From NCBI GenBank assembly GCA_951406725.2, contig OX597839.1, positions 20,956,001 through 21,020,000 of the forward strand: a stretch of 64,000 bases of DNA, read 5' to 3'. This DNA comes from Octopus vulgaris. Taxonomy: Eukaryota. Positions 1 to 50,460 of the stretch are shown here, piece after piece. The position numbers were made by a program, and so were the translations under genes. How positions within the stretch are numbered: the first letter of the stretch is position 1; the number at the start of each line of letters is the position of its first letter. The notes beneath the pieces are model-generated. The model saw only the letters and a program-made list of their open reading frames with translations, searched no databases and was not told where the DNA came from.

Positions 1-387
1 AATAGTTGAGTGGGGGTGCATGCCCCTTCAGAGGTCAGTATAATTCTGGTTGTGTGGGGTTCCTAGACTGGTCCTCATTGGAAGGTCTCCTGTACCGGAA
101 GAATTGCACCACTCATGTGTTAAAGCGGAACTTTAAAAAAAAAAAATTGATAGGAGCTTGACCGAAGACAAAGGTGTCATTCCTGCCAGTTCCTTCCTTC
201 CAGCCTCATCCACAGCACAACCCTCAATTTGCTCCAGCCATTAAACAGGGGTACACTGCGCCTGCCTTGCCTTAATAATAATAATGATAATAATAACAAG
301 TGAAACAGAAACCCCCTGATGGTGTTCATCTTTCTTCTTCTGCCCCCATCTCCACCCCACCCCATCCCCGCTCTGACCCCCCCCCCC

Positions 388-1290
388 CTCCGCACATGTA
401 CAGTAGGGACAAACAGCGGCAGTGGTATAATCTTGGAAACACCACATGTCTTTTGGGTAAATGGGGTGGAGGTGCTAGGGTGTAGTTGTTGTTGTTGTTG
501 TTGTCTTGATAATTCTAGAATTTATTTGGTGTTTCAGCAATTAAAGATTGTACCACTCACTATTCTGAGAGACAGAAGAGGCAGAGAGAAGCGGGGGGTG
601 GGGCGCATGAGCGGGGGTGGTGGTGGTGGGGTGGAGAGCAGATTTAACCATTGTAAGGTGATTTATTGCAGCCTTTTATTCTAATCTAGATTATTACCAT
701 AACAGTAACAACAACAACAACAACGTGGGCCTCTCTGTTCCTCAGCACTACCACCACCACCACCACAACTATCGCTACTACCACCAACACCACCACAACT
801 ATCGCTACTACCACCAACACCACCACAACTATCGCTACTACCACCACCACCACCACAACTATCGCTACTACCACCAACACCACCACTATCGCTACTACCA
901 CAACTATCGCTACTACCACCACCACCACAACTATCGCTACTACCACCAATACCACCACTATCGCTACTACCACAACTATCGCTACTACCACCACCACCAT
1001 CACAGTGACTCTACCCCCCCCCCACCTTTCTTCCCATTGCCTTTCTACTGCTTCTCAGCACACACACACACACACACAACTGCCTCCCTCCTGCTCCACC
1101 ACCACCACCACCATCACCACCACCACCAGTATATTTTAGATAAACCATTTTTCTAGGGAAGCAAAACAAAAACAAAAGCTTGGAAGGTTGTGGAGGGGAG
1201 GGGGGGTAAAGCCACCCCACCCCACCCCAAGATGGGGAGAAGGGAGTTCAGGTGGAATAATACAGGATAATAAAATATAAATATTTGAGG
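388..1290 (+). repeat. Left copy of a long-range inverted non-coding module (partner 54985-55806)
   Basis: Seven collinear islands match the reverse complement of 54985-55806, e.g. 643-666 vs 55559-55582 (24/24) and 428-456 vs 55745-55773 (27/29). Confidence 0.9.
745..1000. repeat. Minisatellite (CACCACAACTATCGCTACTAC-based)
   Basis: About 10 imperfect units; explains the His/Val-rich pseudo-ORFs. Confidence 0.9.
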
Positions 1291-1609
1291 GGAGGGGCAG
1301 ATAAAAAAATGGCGCGGTGGGGGTGGGGGAATTCTTTCTATCTTTTTACTTTCTGTTTTTTCTATCTATTTTTTTTTCTTCATGCCTCTTCTGTCTCCTT
1401 TGCTTACCTTCTTCATCTCCTCCATTTCCTCCTCACCTGCTCTGTCATCTTTTTTTCTTCTTCCTTTTCCTGATTCTTCTCTCTTCTCCCTTTCCTTCCC
1501 CTCCTCCTCCTCCTCATCATCATTTTCTCCTTTTCTTTCTTCTCATTCTCTTTTTTCTTTTCTCATTCATTTTCATCTCCTCCTCCTACTACTACTCCCC
1601 CTCGTTCCA

Positions 1610-2650
1610 TTCCCCTTCTAAATACTACTCCCACTCATCCTCTTCCTCTTCTAACTACTACTCCCCCTCATCCTCTTCCTCTTCTAATTACTACTCATCC
1701 ACTTTCCCTTCTAACTACTACTCCCCCTCGTTATCTTCCACTACTACTCACTCTCGGTCTCTTCCTCTTCTAACTACTACTCCCCCTCATCCTCTTCGTC
1801 TTCTAACTACTACTCCCCCTCATCCTCTTCGTCTTCTAACTACTACTCCCCCTCATCCTCTTCGTCTTCTAAATACTACTCCCCCTCATCCTCTTCCTCT
1901 TCTAACTACTACTCCCCCTCATCCTCTTCCTCTTCTAACTACTACTCCCCCTCATCCTCTTCCTCTTCTAACTACTACTCCCCCTCATCCTCTTCCTCTT
2001 CTAATTACTACTCATCCACTTTCCCTTCTAACTACTACTCCCCCTCGTTATCTTCCACTACTACTCACTCTCGGTCTCTTCCTCTTCTAACTACTACTCC
2101 CCCTCATCCTCTTCGTCTTCTAACTACTACTCCCCCTCATCCTCTTCGTCTTCTAACTACTACTCCCCCTCATCCTCTTCGTCTTCTAAATACTACTCCC
2201 CCTCATCCTCTTCCTCTTCTAACTACTACTCCCCCTCATCCTCTTCCTCTTCTAACTACTACTCCCCCTCATCCTCTTCGTCTTCTAACTACTACTCCCC
2301 CTCATCCTCTTCGTCTTCTAACTACTACTCCCCCTCATCCTCTTCGTCTTCTAAATACTACTCCCCCTCATCCTCTTCCTCTTCTAACTACTACTCCCCC
2401 TCATCCTCTTCCTCTTCTAATTACTACTCATCCACTTCCTCTTCTAACTACTACTCCCCCTCGTTATCTTCCACTACTACTCACTCTCGGTCTCTTCCTC
2501 TTCTAACTACTACTCCCCCTCATCCCCTTCGTCTTCTAACTACTACTCCCCCTCATCCTCTTCGTCTTCTAACTACTACTCCCCCTCATCCCCTTCGTCT
2601 TCTAACTACTACTCCCCCTCATCCTCTTCGTCTTCTAACTACTCCTCTTC
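1610..2650. repeat. 33-bp pyrimidine-rich minisatellite with higher-order structure
   Basis: Unit AACTACTACTCCCCCTCATCCTCTTC(G/C)TCTTCT, about 30 copies. Confidence 0.95.
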
Positions 2651-3009
2651 CTCCTCGTTATCTTCCTCTCCCCCCCCCCGTATGACTGCTTCCTCTTCAC
2701 TTTCTTCCTCTTCACATCATCATCATCATCATCATTCCCATTGTTTGCATCATGATGGTGTGTAGTACTTCCTCCATTTTCCCTTTTGTTTTTTTTTGTA
2801 TATGTTCCTATGTTTTTATGATTTTTTTTTTGTTTTATTTATTGCGCCACCAATTTCCTGTGACATAGCTGTAAATCACCACCACCACCACCATCGCAAC
2901 CACCACCACCACCATCGCAACCACGCCCCTCCCCTGCCCTGTGTCTTCACCTAATATGTGTGTCATTAGATATGGCTTGAGGGAGGGATGTTGTCCATTA
3001 CACACACAC

Positions 3010-3054
<45 letters not shown>

Positions 3055-3239
3055 TAGAAAAGTGTGTGAGTGAGTGTATATGATGTATGTGTGTATGTAT
3101 GCATTACAGACCATCAATCATATTGATGTGTAGACATCTGGTCACAAAGAGATGCAGGCGGACAAACAGACAGATTACATGGAAGTTACCCTGGCGGCTC
3201 TTTTTATAGATGCAGACAAACATGCACACACACAGAATC

Positions 3240-3482
<243 letters not shown>

Positions 3483-3586
3483 GATAAGATCGATATTTAA
3501 ATACCAATCTTATTAGGTGGCCGGCATGGGAATAAAAAAGCCTCAAAGGTAATAATTATAATTAAAATTATAATTTAGGGTTATCT

Positions 3587-3872
3587 AAGAGATACCATCA
3601 TGCTGGAAATAGCAGCCAAAACCTGGCTCTGAAACCACATTAAATGTTCATACAGCACCAGGAGAGAGAAGACAAAGAGACAAAATATACTAGCAAAAAA
3701 AAAAAAATTACTGGACAATTCTGGAATCGAGATCTGGAATTGTCCAGTAATTTTTTTTTTTTTTGCTAGTTTATTTTGTCTCTTTGTCTTCTCTCTCCTC
3801 GTGCTGTATGAACATTTAATGTGGTTTTAGAGTCAGGTTTTGGCTGCTATTTCCAGCATGGTGGTATCTCTT
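3587..3872. repeat. Near-perfect palindrome (fold-back), ~135-bp arms
   Basis: AAGAGATACCATCATGCTGG...GGACAATT / AATTGTCC...CCAGCATGGTGGTATCTCTT with a ~15-nt loop. Confidence 0.95.
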
Positions 3873-4054
3873 TCCTGCCCGACCAGGCTCCTTGTCCTAG
3901 CCAAACACTTGGACAGTGCCGAGTGGAGCCGTTTTAACACAAATCTAAAGGTATCCTCTGGGAAGGAGTTCGTTATCCTGCACAGATCGGTTTCCCATAT
4001 GACCTCCGCAGCCACCTGCAAAAGCCACTCAGGGTCCTCCGTGGGAAACCAACT

Positions 4055-4290
4055 TCTTATTTCTTTATTGCCCACAAGGGGCTACACACAGAGGGGACAC
4101 ACAAGGACAGACAAATGGATTAAGTCGATTAGATCGATCCCAGTGCGTAACTGGTACTTTATTTATCGACCCCGAAAGGATGAAAGGCAAAGTCGACCTT
4201 GGCGGAATTTGAACTCAGAACGTAACGGCAGAAGAAATACAGCTAAGCATTTCGCCCGGCGTGCTAACGTTTCTGCCAGCTCGCCGCCCT
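4055..4290 (-). mobile_element. tRNA-derived SINE family B (Nin-domain-like core)
   Basis: GGCGGCGAGCTGGCAGAAACGTTAGC...GAGTTCAAATTCC...GCCTTTCATCCTTTCGGGGTCGA...AGTACCAG; further copies at ~6580, 9310, 12000-12800, 19960-20290, 21860-22470, 25012-25425, 30020-30245, 34490, 36120, 47875-48800. Confidence 0.85.
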
Positions 4291-4937
4291 CTTACCACAT
4301 AGTCACATCTGTACCCTATTATCATCATCATGATGTTTATATCCATTCTCCATGCTGGCATGGGTTGGATGGGTTGACAGGGGCTGGGCCATCCAGAGAA
4401 CTGCACCGGGCTCCAGTTGTCTATTCTGGCATGGTTTCTATAGCTGGATGCCCTTCTTAATACCAACCACTTTACAGAGTGTACTGGGTGCTTCCTACAT
4501 GGCACTAATACAGGTGCTTTTACATGAAAATTGGCAGAGATACTAAATGCATGGTGAGGATGAGACCCCCGATGGTTAAGATTTGCAAGCTATAAAGATG
4601 TGGTTGCTATGGCAAAAAGAGGGATTTTTTTTATCGATTCAAGGGGGCCCAGAACACCTCTAGGTTTGTGCAATTGGCTTCTAATGCCCAGCAGCATGCA
4701 CTGAAGGCTGTTGTGCTTAATAAACATACATTTTGTCACAAAATTCCAGCTACTAGGAAACGATTTTTCATTGTGAAAAAACGAGTGCTTTTTGCCCTCA
4801 TTTTCTTTTTAATTTTTAATAAAATTTTCGTTTTTTTTTTTTTAAATTCCTCATCTTTAAAATGTGACCCGAGTATACCCGAATGAAATTGGGTTATTAT
4901 ACTAGTATTTATATAAATCCTTTTTGTTTCTTCACAG

Positions 4938-40994
<36,057 letters not shown>

Positions 40995-41173
40995 GCCATT
41001 AAGATGTCTTCACTTAAAAAAAAAAAAAACATTTTGAAATGTTGGGTTTTTTTTATATTTTGATTTAAAGAACAATTGAAAAATCAGAAAGGTGCCACAC
41101 CATTTTCTCATTCAAAAAATTATACATCAAACTGAAAAAGGAATATATACATATTTGGACAAAATTGTGTGTG

Positions 41174-41216
<43 letters not shown>

Positions 41217-41961
41217 ATGTATGTATATATATATGTATGTATGTATGTATAAGTATAGTAAGTATATGTATATTTATATATGCATGTATTTATCTATATA
41301 TGTATGTATATATATATGTATGTATGTATGTATAAGTAAGTATATGTATATTTATATATGCATGTATTTATCTCTATATGTATATACATATATATATACA
41401 TACCTATATATATATGTGTATATTTTGTATATAAACATATATGTACATATATATATATATATAGCTATGTATGTATATATGTATGTGTGTGTATATATAT
41501 ATATATGTGTAACAAAACATATAGACAAATTTCATTACATTTATATTTATTTGATTTTCATTCTTTGTGAATTTTCTCAACTATTTTGATATTAGGGTCA
41601 CACTAAATGTAGAGATTAAGATTACAGTTAAGAATGCATTGGTGGAACCGGACAAGATAATCTTGGGCTGAGACCAGATAAAAGATATAACAAGATTATT
41701 TCTTTAATGTATACAAAGAAACAGGACCATAAATTAGAAAAAAAAACACCTTTTATCAATTCAAAATGAACAATTAAACTACACCATCTAGAAAATTACA
41801 TATATTAGAAATATTAGAATTAAAATAACAATAAAATACCAATGATTAAGTAAATTGCAAATAATTATTATTATTATTATATATATGGGTACATATGTTT
41901 TCTATAATTTTTATATACCTATATTTATGTATATATTATGTACATACATGTATTTTCATGC

Positions 41962-42012
<51 letters not shown>

Positions 42013-42061
42013 ATAGATATTTATGGAACAATGTATATGTATACATGCCCACTTACACATA

Positions 42062-42106
<45 letters not shown>

Positions 42107-44638
42107 ATACACACATGTATATGTGTGTGTGGTGCATGTGTTAAGAAACATGTAACACCTCTCCAGAAACACGTCTCAAGAATTTTACGTTTTCACTTTT
42201 CTTGATTTCTTATTTTTCGGCTTTTGCAACTGGCTTTTTTAGCCCTAAATATTTAGAATTATAAACTCAAGTATATGTGTATATATATATGTATTTATAT
42301 CTATAAATTTTTTGATAAATAGATATGCATATATATTTACATATATATATACACACACACATATATATGTGTGTGCATATATGAATATATATGAATATAT
42401 ATATATATATATATATATTTATAAGTTCAGCAAAATTTAGATTCAGATGAATATGGTACTTAAGTTAAAGGCACCAGAATTTTGTATGGTATTATCCATA
42501 TAAATCAAATGGGGCGATTATAATCAAAATAAGCAACAAGTATACCCAAGGTAGAGTAGTACAATTGTTTCATGCTACTTCATTTTATTTAACACTGTAA
42601 GTATTACATCAGTTTTAAAATGTCGAGCAATCTTCAATCTAAACAGACAATGCACATTCTTATCCATATTTCATTTGCTAACATTATAAAGAGGGTAGGT
42701 ATATATAGACAGAGAGGTTGATATCATTCTTAAGAACATGATAGTAGCATGTTCACTCACCGTCTCTCTCTCTATATATATATTTATACACACACATATA
42801 TATATATATACATAGATGTATTTATGTACGTATGTATTTCATTTTTGTTACCATCAAAGATTAAAGGTGTGAAGCATGTATCTGTAATTCCTAATATCCT
42901 GGTGATGTTAGTTCTTATTTGTGAGACAATGGTAACAAAGTCAAAAAAAAAATTTTTTTTAAATAACCTCAGCAAACAGAGTCGAGGAAAATGTGATGAA
43001 ACGGAAGAGAAGATAAAACGTACACCACTGTTGTGAATTAAAAACAAAGTCAAAATTAATTTAATCTACATGGAAAGAAAACTTGACATATTTCTTTATT
43101 TTGTGGTGGGACGGGGGGTTTTCTTTCTATTGTGATGTATCTGGGGATTTAAAATTTAATAAGGGGTTGAGCAAGATATATGTGTAATCCCAAAAGATTT
43201 TTTTTGTTCAAAATCAGGGCTTCAGTTTATCACTTGAGCCCGTTTAAAAAAACACTAAACTAGAAATTCTTGGACTACAGAGAGACCAAGAAGGACTAAA
43301 TTACTAATAGCAGTTCAATTGCTATTTGAACCATTAAAAAATATCTATGTCAATGAAAAATGCTGGAAAATCCTGGGATAGGAACAGAATGTGAACTAAA
43401 TACCCAGAAATGTTTTCGGGTTTACAATTGAGGGTTTTCTGTGTAAACCCATTTAAATATTGGGTTGTTAGATAAATTTGGTTTTTGTTTTGTTGTTTTT
43501 TAATTTTTTTCTTCTACTTGGCATTTCATCATCATATGTCTGGAAAGAGGTGAAATTTATTCAAATTTCAAAAATGATAAACCAAAGTTGTACAGGAAGA
43601 ATAGAATTACAAAAAAAAAAAAACACTATGATAAAAATATTTTTTGTGTTGATTCAAATAACTGTGGAAAGGATTTAAAAGCCAGCGAGGCAGACAAAGA
43701 ATAAATTTATCTGACAACCCATGGCAAATCCTGAGATAAAAATTAAATAACTAAATTTATGGAAAAGTTCATGATTCCATAGTCCCACATAAAGCCATTA
43801 ATTTACTTTAACAGGAACAATGGCAAGTTCTGGGCAAAGCAAGAATTTGATAAAATCTAAGAAAACTTATTTGAGTTCAGAATCCGCAATCCTTGTTTCA
43901 GTTACTACTCGAAGCTATATTCTTTCATTTCCTTTCATTTCACTTCATTTTTGCCTATATGCCACTCGCCACTAAATAAATGCCCTTGGGGAAATGGCTG
44001 AACGTCACAACATCACAAACTTCCCGGTTCTTAACCTTACAATATATCAATCAGTTGGGCCCTTCAGCATAGTGAAATAATTGATAACTAAAAGTAAACC
44101 AGGGGTTAGTCTTGAGAAGAAACTAAGTGTGGCTTGAGATGGCAGAACTCAGTATCAAGCACTGCCACTGTCATCGTCTTCGGAGGAAATACCTAGAAAA
44201 ACTCCATACAGGTTCATCTGACCCTCTGCCAAATGTTCTAAGTTCAAATCCTGCCAAAGAGGTGAGTAGGTGGATGGGGAAATAGTCAGATGAGGGTGAT
44301 TGATTGATTGATTGATTGATTTTGATTTTTATTATCAGTCTAATAATGGAGTGGAATTTGGCGGTTCATGAATTAAGATTTATTTCACGATAATTCTTCC
44401 CTCCTGAGGAAAAAAAAAAAAAATCTTCATTTTGCCCTCTGATATGTCCCCCGCCAAGTAAAGAAAATATATTAAAGACAAAATTAAAACTATATTGCAT
44501 GGCCACCACCATACACAAAGAAACATATTGGAGAGCGAATAAATGCAGAACTAAATAAGACGTATAAAATTTTAAGCAAAACAGAAAAATATTCTAAGAA
44601 CGAATCAGAACTTGAAAAAGGAAAGAAAAGAATGTACA

Positions 44639-44688
<50 letters not shown>

Positions 44689-44709
44689 GTATGTATATAT
44701 GTATGTATG

Positions 44710-44746
<37 letters not shown>

Positions 44747-44821
44747 GTATGTATATATGTATGTATGTATGTATGTATATATATATATATATATATACAT
44801 ATCTACATACGCATGCATATA

Positions 44822-44866
<45 letters not shown>

Positions 44867-47137
44867 GTATGTATATATGTATACATATGCATATGTATGT
44901 ATATATATATATACATATCTACATACGCATGCATATATGTGTGTATATATATATGTGTAAGTATATAAGTGTGTATGTGTATATATATATATATATCCAT
45001 GCATCTTTGAGTTGAATTTGCTAACTTGAACAATACAGAACTCAAAATAACATAGGCACTAAAACAAATTAATTACAACGGACAAAGAATAAATTAATTA
45101 AAAACATCGTTACCTAAATTACTAATTCGAATTGAGACAAACAGGTAGGGCGAAAAAAAAAAAAACAGAACCCACCTGCAATTTAAAGTAATCAAAAAAA
45201 AAAAAAAGGAAATTATCTTAATTCAAAAGCGAATGCAATGAGGAGCAATGCCATGATCTTTGGTAGAATGGTGACAAATCCGGATATATTTCAACCCTTA
45301 TAGAACTCCTGGACCTTAAATGAGAAGAAACAAGAGACTTTAATGACTTACCATTGAAACTTCTCCGTTTCAACATTGGAAGTACAGGCATATATAAATA
45401 TATATATATGTGTGTGTGTGTATACATTATATATATATATGTATGTATATAGGTGTGAATGGGTTTATATTCTGTTTCATGTAGCAAATATATTACTTTC
45501 TTCTCTCATTTGTAAAATCAACACACTGCTAGCAATATGTACGTATGTGTGTGTGCTGTGTGTATACACGACACAATTATAAATACACGCATATGTAAAT
45601 GTATACAAGCATAAAGGTGTGTATATATAATATATATATATATATATATGTATACACATGTACCCATATATGTATACATATGTGTATATATATGTAATTA
45701 TTTATTTTTTCATATATACATATACATCTGCTTACAAACAAGTGTGTATAAATATATATATTTATGTGTGTATGTGTATATATATACACACATATGTGCA
45801 TATATACATAATTATGTACATATAATTACATACATACTATATACTTATGTACACACACACAGATATATATATATTGTTATTGAAAAGAAATTTGTCATCT
45901 GAAGATTGCGGTGGCATGAAACTCTTGAAATGAATATTCAGCTTCTATAAACCACATGCTCTACAATGTGTATTGAGCACTCCTCTGTTATGAATCTCCA
46001 TTATTCAACATCCATACATAATACATACACACACACACATAATTCCATGATCCTACCTAAAGCCATTAATTTACTTTAACAGGAACAATGGCAAGTTCTC
46101 TGTGTGTATGTGTATGTATATATATATATATTACTTATATTACTTTTTTATATTGATTTAATATTAAACTGAGGAATTGCTCAATTTTTGTAGAGTACAT
46201 ATTTATTTTGCTTTTACAAGAAGAGAAGTGACGATGTGTTTGAAGTTTCTGACTACTAACCTTCATCAGACTGTGCTGCATTTGAGTTCCTCTTGGCTTA
46301 ATATAGTTATATATTCTAACCCAAAAGAACTGCCTGACAAAGGCTAGCAGGCTGGAGCTTTGATATCATTATCTGCCCTTGTCTTTTAGAAATATAATAA
46401 ATATATATGTGTGTCTATATACATGCAACATATACGCGGAAAGAGTCAAGTTAAGAGCGTAAAATGCCTGTAAATTTCTTCAAGAATCTTTCCTTTCTTA
46501 AATACAGTGAATGTTGGTTTCTGTTGCTTTTTACTTTCCTACATACCAAACACAAATATTTTTCATCAAAGACAGAAACTTGACTTAGCAGCAGGAAAAA
46601 GAAAAAAATGTTATGGAGGGTTCAAAACGAGCTATTTTTGTGTATATGTGTGTCACATCTTTTTTCAAGAGGGAAGGGTTTTCTTGAGTTCTCTGTCATT
46701 TATTTTTTTGCTGGTATCAGAAAATAGTGTGGGAAGTAATATTTATTTATTTAGAGGAGTATTTTATTATTTTTTTTTCTTTTATTCCTGAATAACTTGA
46801 GTCCTTCAAATGCCAAATTCATTCACTTGAAATGAGCTCTTTTAGCAGAATAGAAATATATATATATATATATATCCCAATATAAATGTTCTTCCAATAT
46901 TTATTAAGTCAAATATATATATATATACACATATATACACACACTCACACATATATATACACACATATATGCACACACACACACACACACATATATATAT
47001 ACACACACACATATATACATATACAAATATACATACACACACATATATATATATACCTAGATACATACATGTATGTATATATATATATAGGCACATATAC
47101 ATGCATACATATATATATATAAAGATGTGTGTATATG

Positions 47138-47180
<43 letters not shown>

Positions 47181-48949
47181 GTGTGTGTGTATGTATATGT
47201 ATGTATACATGAAATTATTAAACCCTCCCCTACTCTACCCTGCTCAGCCAAATGAAGAAAAAAATACTAAATAATTAAATTTTAAAAAATACAAAACTAA
47301 AGACGTATAAAATAAAAAAAAAGAAAACATCGTCATTTATATGAAACCAGGTCAAAACTGGAATAAAAATGCCAAAACAAAAATTTTACCATTTTTCAAA
47401 TTTTTTTTTTTTTTTTTTTTTTTCTTTTTCCTCCTGAAAAAACTCTGAATAAAAGATAATTCTCTCTGAGGAGTACCCGGGGGGTTGTTTCCCCGCTACT
47501 CTCGAAAAAAATAGGAATATATATATTGACGAAAAAAATAACAAAACAAACCAAAAAAAAAAAACAAAAAAAAATATGCTGCGAATTGATTATTAATGGT
47601 AATTTCTGATAAATACGGATTCACTACTTGCTAATATTAATAATAATAATAATTAATATTATTATTAATGACTTCTTTTATTTTTTTTAAATAATTATTA
47701 ACAATAATGATAAGGAAATATGATAATGATAATAAGGATTTCTATCGTTTTAAAACAATGATTTCTAACATTTGATAATGATAATAAACTATTATTTCTA
47801 CAACGACTACTGCTATTATTATTGTTGTTATTGTTGTTGAATGTTTTTCTCTTTTGTCTATTTGGATCTGCATGAAGGCGAGCTGGCCGAAACGTTAGCA
47901 CGCCGGACGAAATGCTTAGCCGTATTTCGTCTGCCGTGGTCCTCTCGTGGTCGATAAATAAAGTACCAGTTACGCACTGGGGTCGATATAATCAACTTAA
48001 TCCGTTTGTCTGTCCTTGTTTGTCCTCTCTGTGTTTAGCCCTTGTGGGTAGTAAAGAAATAGGTATTTTGTCTGCCGCTACGTTCTGAGTTCAAATTCCG
48101 TCGAGGTCGACTTTGCCTTTCTTCCTTCCAGGGTCGATTAAATAAGTACCAGTTACGCACTGAGGTTGATATAATCAACTTAATCCGTTTGTCTGTCCTT
48201 GTTTGGCCTCTCTGTGTTTAGCCCTTTGTGGGTAGTAAAGAAATAGGTATTTCGTTTGCCGTTACGTTCTGAGTTCAAATTCCGCCGAGGTCGACTTTGC
48301 CTTTCATTCCTTTCGGGGGTCGATTAAATAAGTACCAGTTATGCACTGGGGTCAATATCATCATCATCGTTTAGTGTCCGCTTTCCATGCAAGCATGGAT
48401 TGGACGGATCAACTGGGGTGTGGGAAGCCAGAAGGCTGCACTAGGCCCAGTCTGATCGGGCAATGTTTCTACAGCTGGATGCCCTTCCTAATGCCAACCA
48501 CTCCGTGAGTGTAGTGGGTGCTTTTTACGTGCTTTTTATGATATAATCAACTTAATCCGTTTGTCTGTCCTTTTTTGGCCTCTCTGTGTTTAGCCCCTTG
48601 TGGGTAGTAAAGAAAAGGTATTTCGTCTGCCGCTACGTTCTGAGTTCAAATTCTGCCACGGTCGACTTTACCTTTCATCCTTTCGGGATCGATTAAATAA
48701 GTACCAGTTACACACTGGAGTAGATGTAATTGACTTAATCCATCTGTCTGTCCTTGTTTGTCCCTTCTGTGTTTAGCCCCTTGTGGGTAGTAAAGAAATA
48801 GGTTAGTGTGATGGGTTCACAATCATGAGGTAGTGAGTTCAATTCCTGGACCAGGCTGTGTGTTGTGTTCTTAAGCAAGATACTTTATTTCACATTGCTC
48901 CAGTTCAGTGAACTGTTGAACTGAGTTGCAGCATCATTGGTGGCCTGGA

Positions 48950-50460
48950 GAGGTGAGGGCTGGTATGCATGGCTGACTGCTGGTCTTCCATAAACAACCT
49001 TGCCAAAGAGTGGGCCTTGGAGGGTAACTTTCTTGGTGCAATCCCATGGTCATTCATATCTGAAGGGGCTCTTTATCTTTTGTCCTATGTACATATTATG
49101 GCATGCAGTGAAGAGGCTGGTATGCATGGGTGACTGTTGGTCTTTCATAAAACCACCTTGGTCAGATTTGTGCCTCAGAGGGGAACTTTCTAGGCACATC
49201 CCATGGTCATTCCTATCCGAAGGGGGTTTTTACCCTTTGCCCTATGTACATATAATGGCATAGGGAGGGGAGGATGGTATGCATGGGCAACTGCTGGTCT
49301 TCCATAAACAACCTTGACCAGATTTGTGCCTTGGAGGGTAACTTTCTAGGGGCATCCCATGGTCATTCATGGGTGAAGGGGCTTTTTACCCTTGGCCCTT
49401 TTATTTAGTTCTACTCACCCTTCCTCAACAGCTACTTTGCTTTTTTATTTTTTCTGTTTATCAGGGGTCAAGGCATGATAGAATAAGTGTGTTCTAGCTG
49501 CAGTATTTTGGATAAAAAGAAAAATCTTACTTGGTTTCGGTGTTTGTGATGAAATATGCATCATTCCGTCACCACATTTTGGGAGTTGGGTCCAAGACAC
49601 ACATGTTCTTTACTTAATCCAGACACTACCAAAGAAAGTAAAAGATGTCGGTTAAAAAACTTCCTGCATGTGAAACATTTTGTATAGGAATAAACGTTTT
49701 TAAAAAAAAAATGACATTATTTAGCAACAATAGTTAGGAGACAAAACGTAAAGATAAGGAAGTGCTACAACTTGCAAATACAAAAATATCAAAACTCTAA
49801 ACCAGTGGTTTTCAACCAGGGTTCCGCGGAACCTTAGGGTTCCGCCAGTACAGTCCACGGGTTCCGCAAGAAGTTACAAAACTGCTAAAATCGGCAGTAA
49901 TTTTTAATTCTCCTGTGCAGATATGTGTGCATAAGACAATTAAATTATTGCACAGGGGTTCCTCGAGCCAGTGGAATGTTTCCTTGGGGTTCCGCTCCAG
50001 CAAAAAGTTTGAAAAGCACTGCTCTAAACTATTATAAACTGGCTTAAAAGCTGCTCTCCATGTGGACTTTTGAGCCAGCTCCTGTGGAGAGCTAAATAGG
50101 CCTGTGGCCCAGAACTAAAGAGGGCTAAATGGCATGACAGTAATATGTGTATAATGACCTGGAGAGGTGAGGGCTGGTATGCATGGGCGACTGCTGGTCT
50201 TCCATAAACAACCATAACCGAGCGTGGGCCTTTTGAGGGGAACTATCTAGGTGCAACCCCATGGTCATTCATATCCGAAGGGAGTCTTTACCTTTTGTCC
50301 TATGTTACATATAATGGCATGGAGTGAAGAGGCTGGTATGCATGGGTGACTGCTGGTCTTCCATAAACTACCTTACCCGAGCGTGGACCTTGGAGGGTAA
50401 CTAGGGGATCTTTACCCTTTGCCCTATGTACATATAACGACACGGGGAGGGAAACCCTGG
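48950..50460 (+). repeat. Tandemly repeated SINE 3' segment (~150-170 bp, about 5-6 units)
   Basis: GGCTGGTATGCATGGGTGACTGCTGGTCTTCCATAAACAACCTT recurs; a single-copy form is in the SINE at ~9785-10130. Confidence 0.8.
49803..50021. mobile_element. hAT (Charlie-like) MITE
   Basis: CAGTGGTTTTCAA...TTGAAAAGCACTG with a perfect 8-bp TSD CTCTAAAC and internal GGGTTCC repeats. Confidence 0.92.

Noticed and set aside
590-635. G-quadruplex-like G runs (also ~1190-1330)
   Set aside because: They fall in the variable spacers of the inverted module and are not conserved in sequence between copies.
686-2090. Long His-, Val- and Ser/Pro-rich ORFs
   Set aside because: Translations of minisatellites, open in several frames, with no domain or splice support.
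45893-46275. Two more CTGANGA...GAAAC motifs (45899+ and ~46270-)
   Set aside because: Stem I/III pairing and cleavage triplets are poor; at best decayed hammerhead relics.
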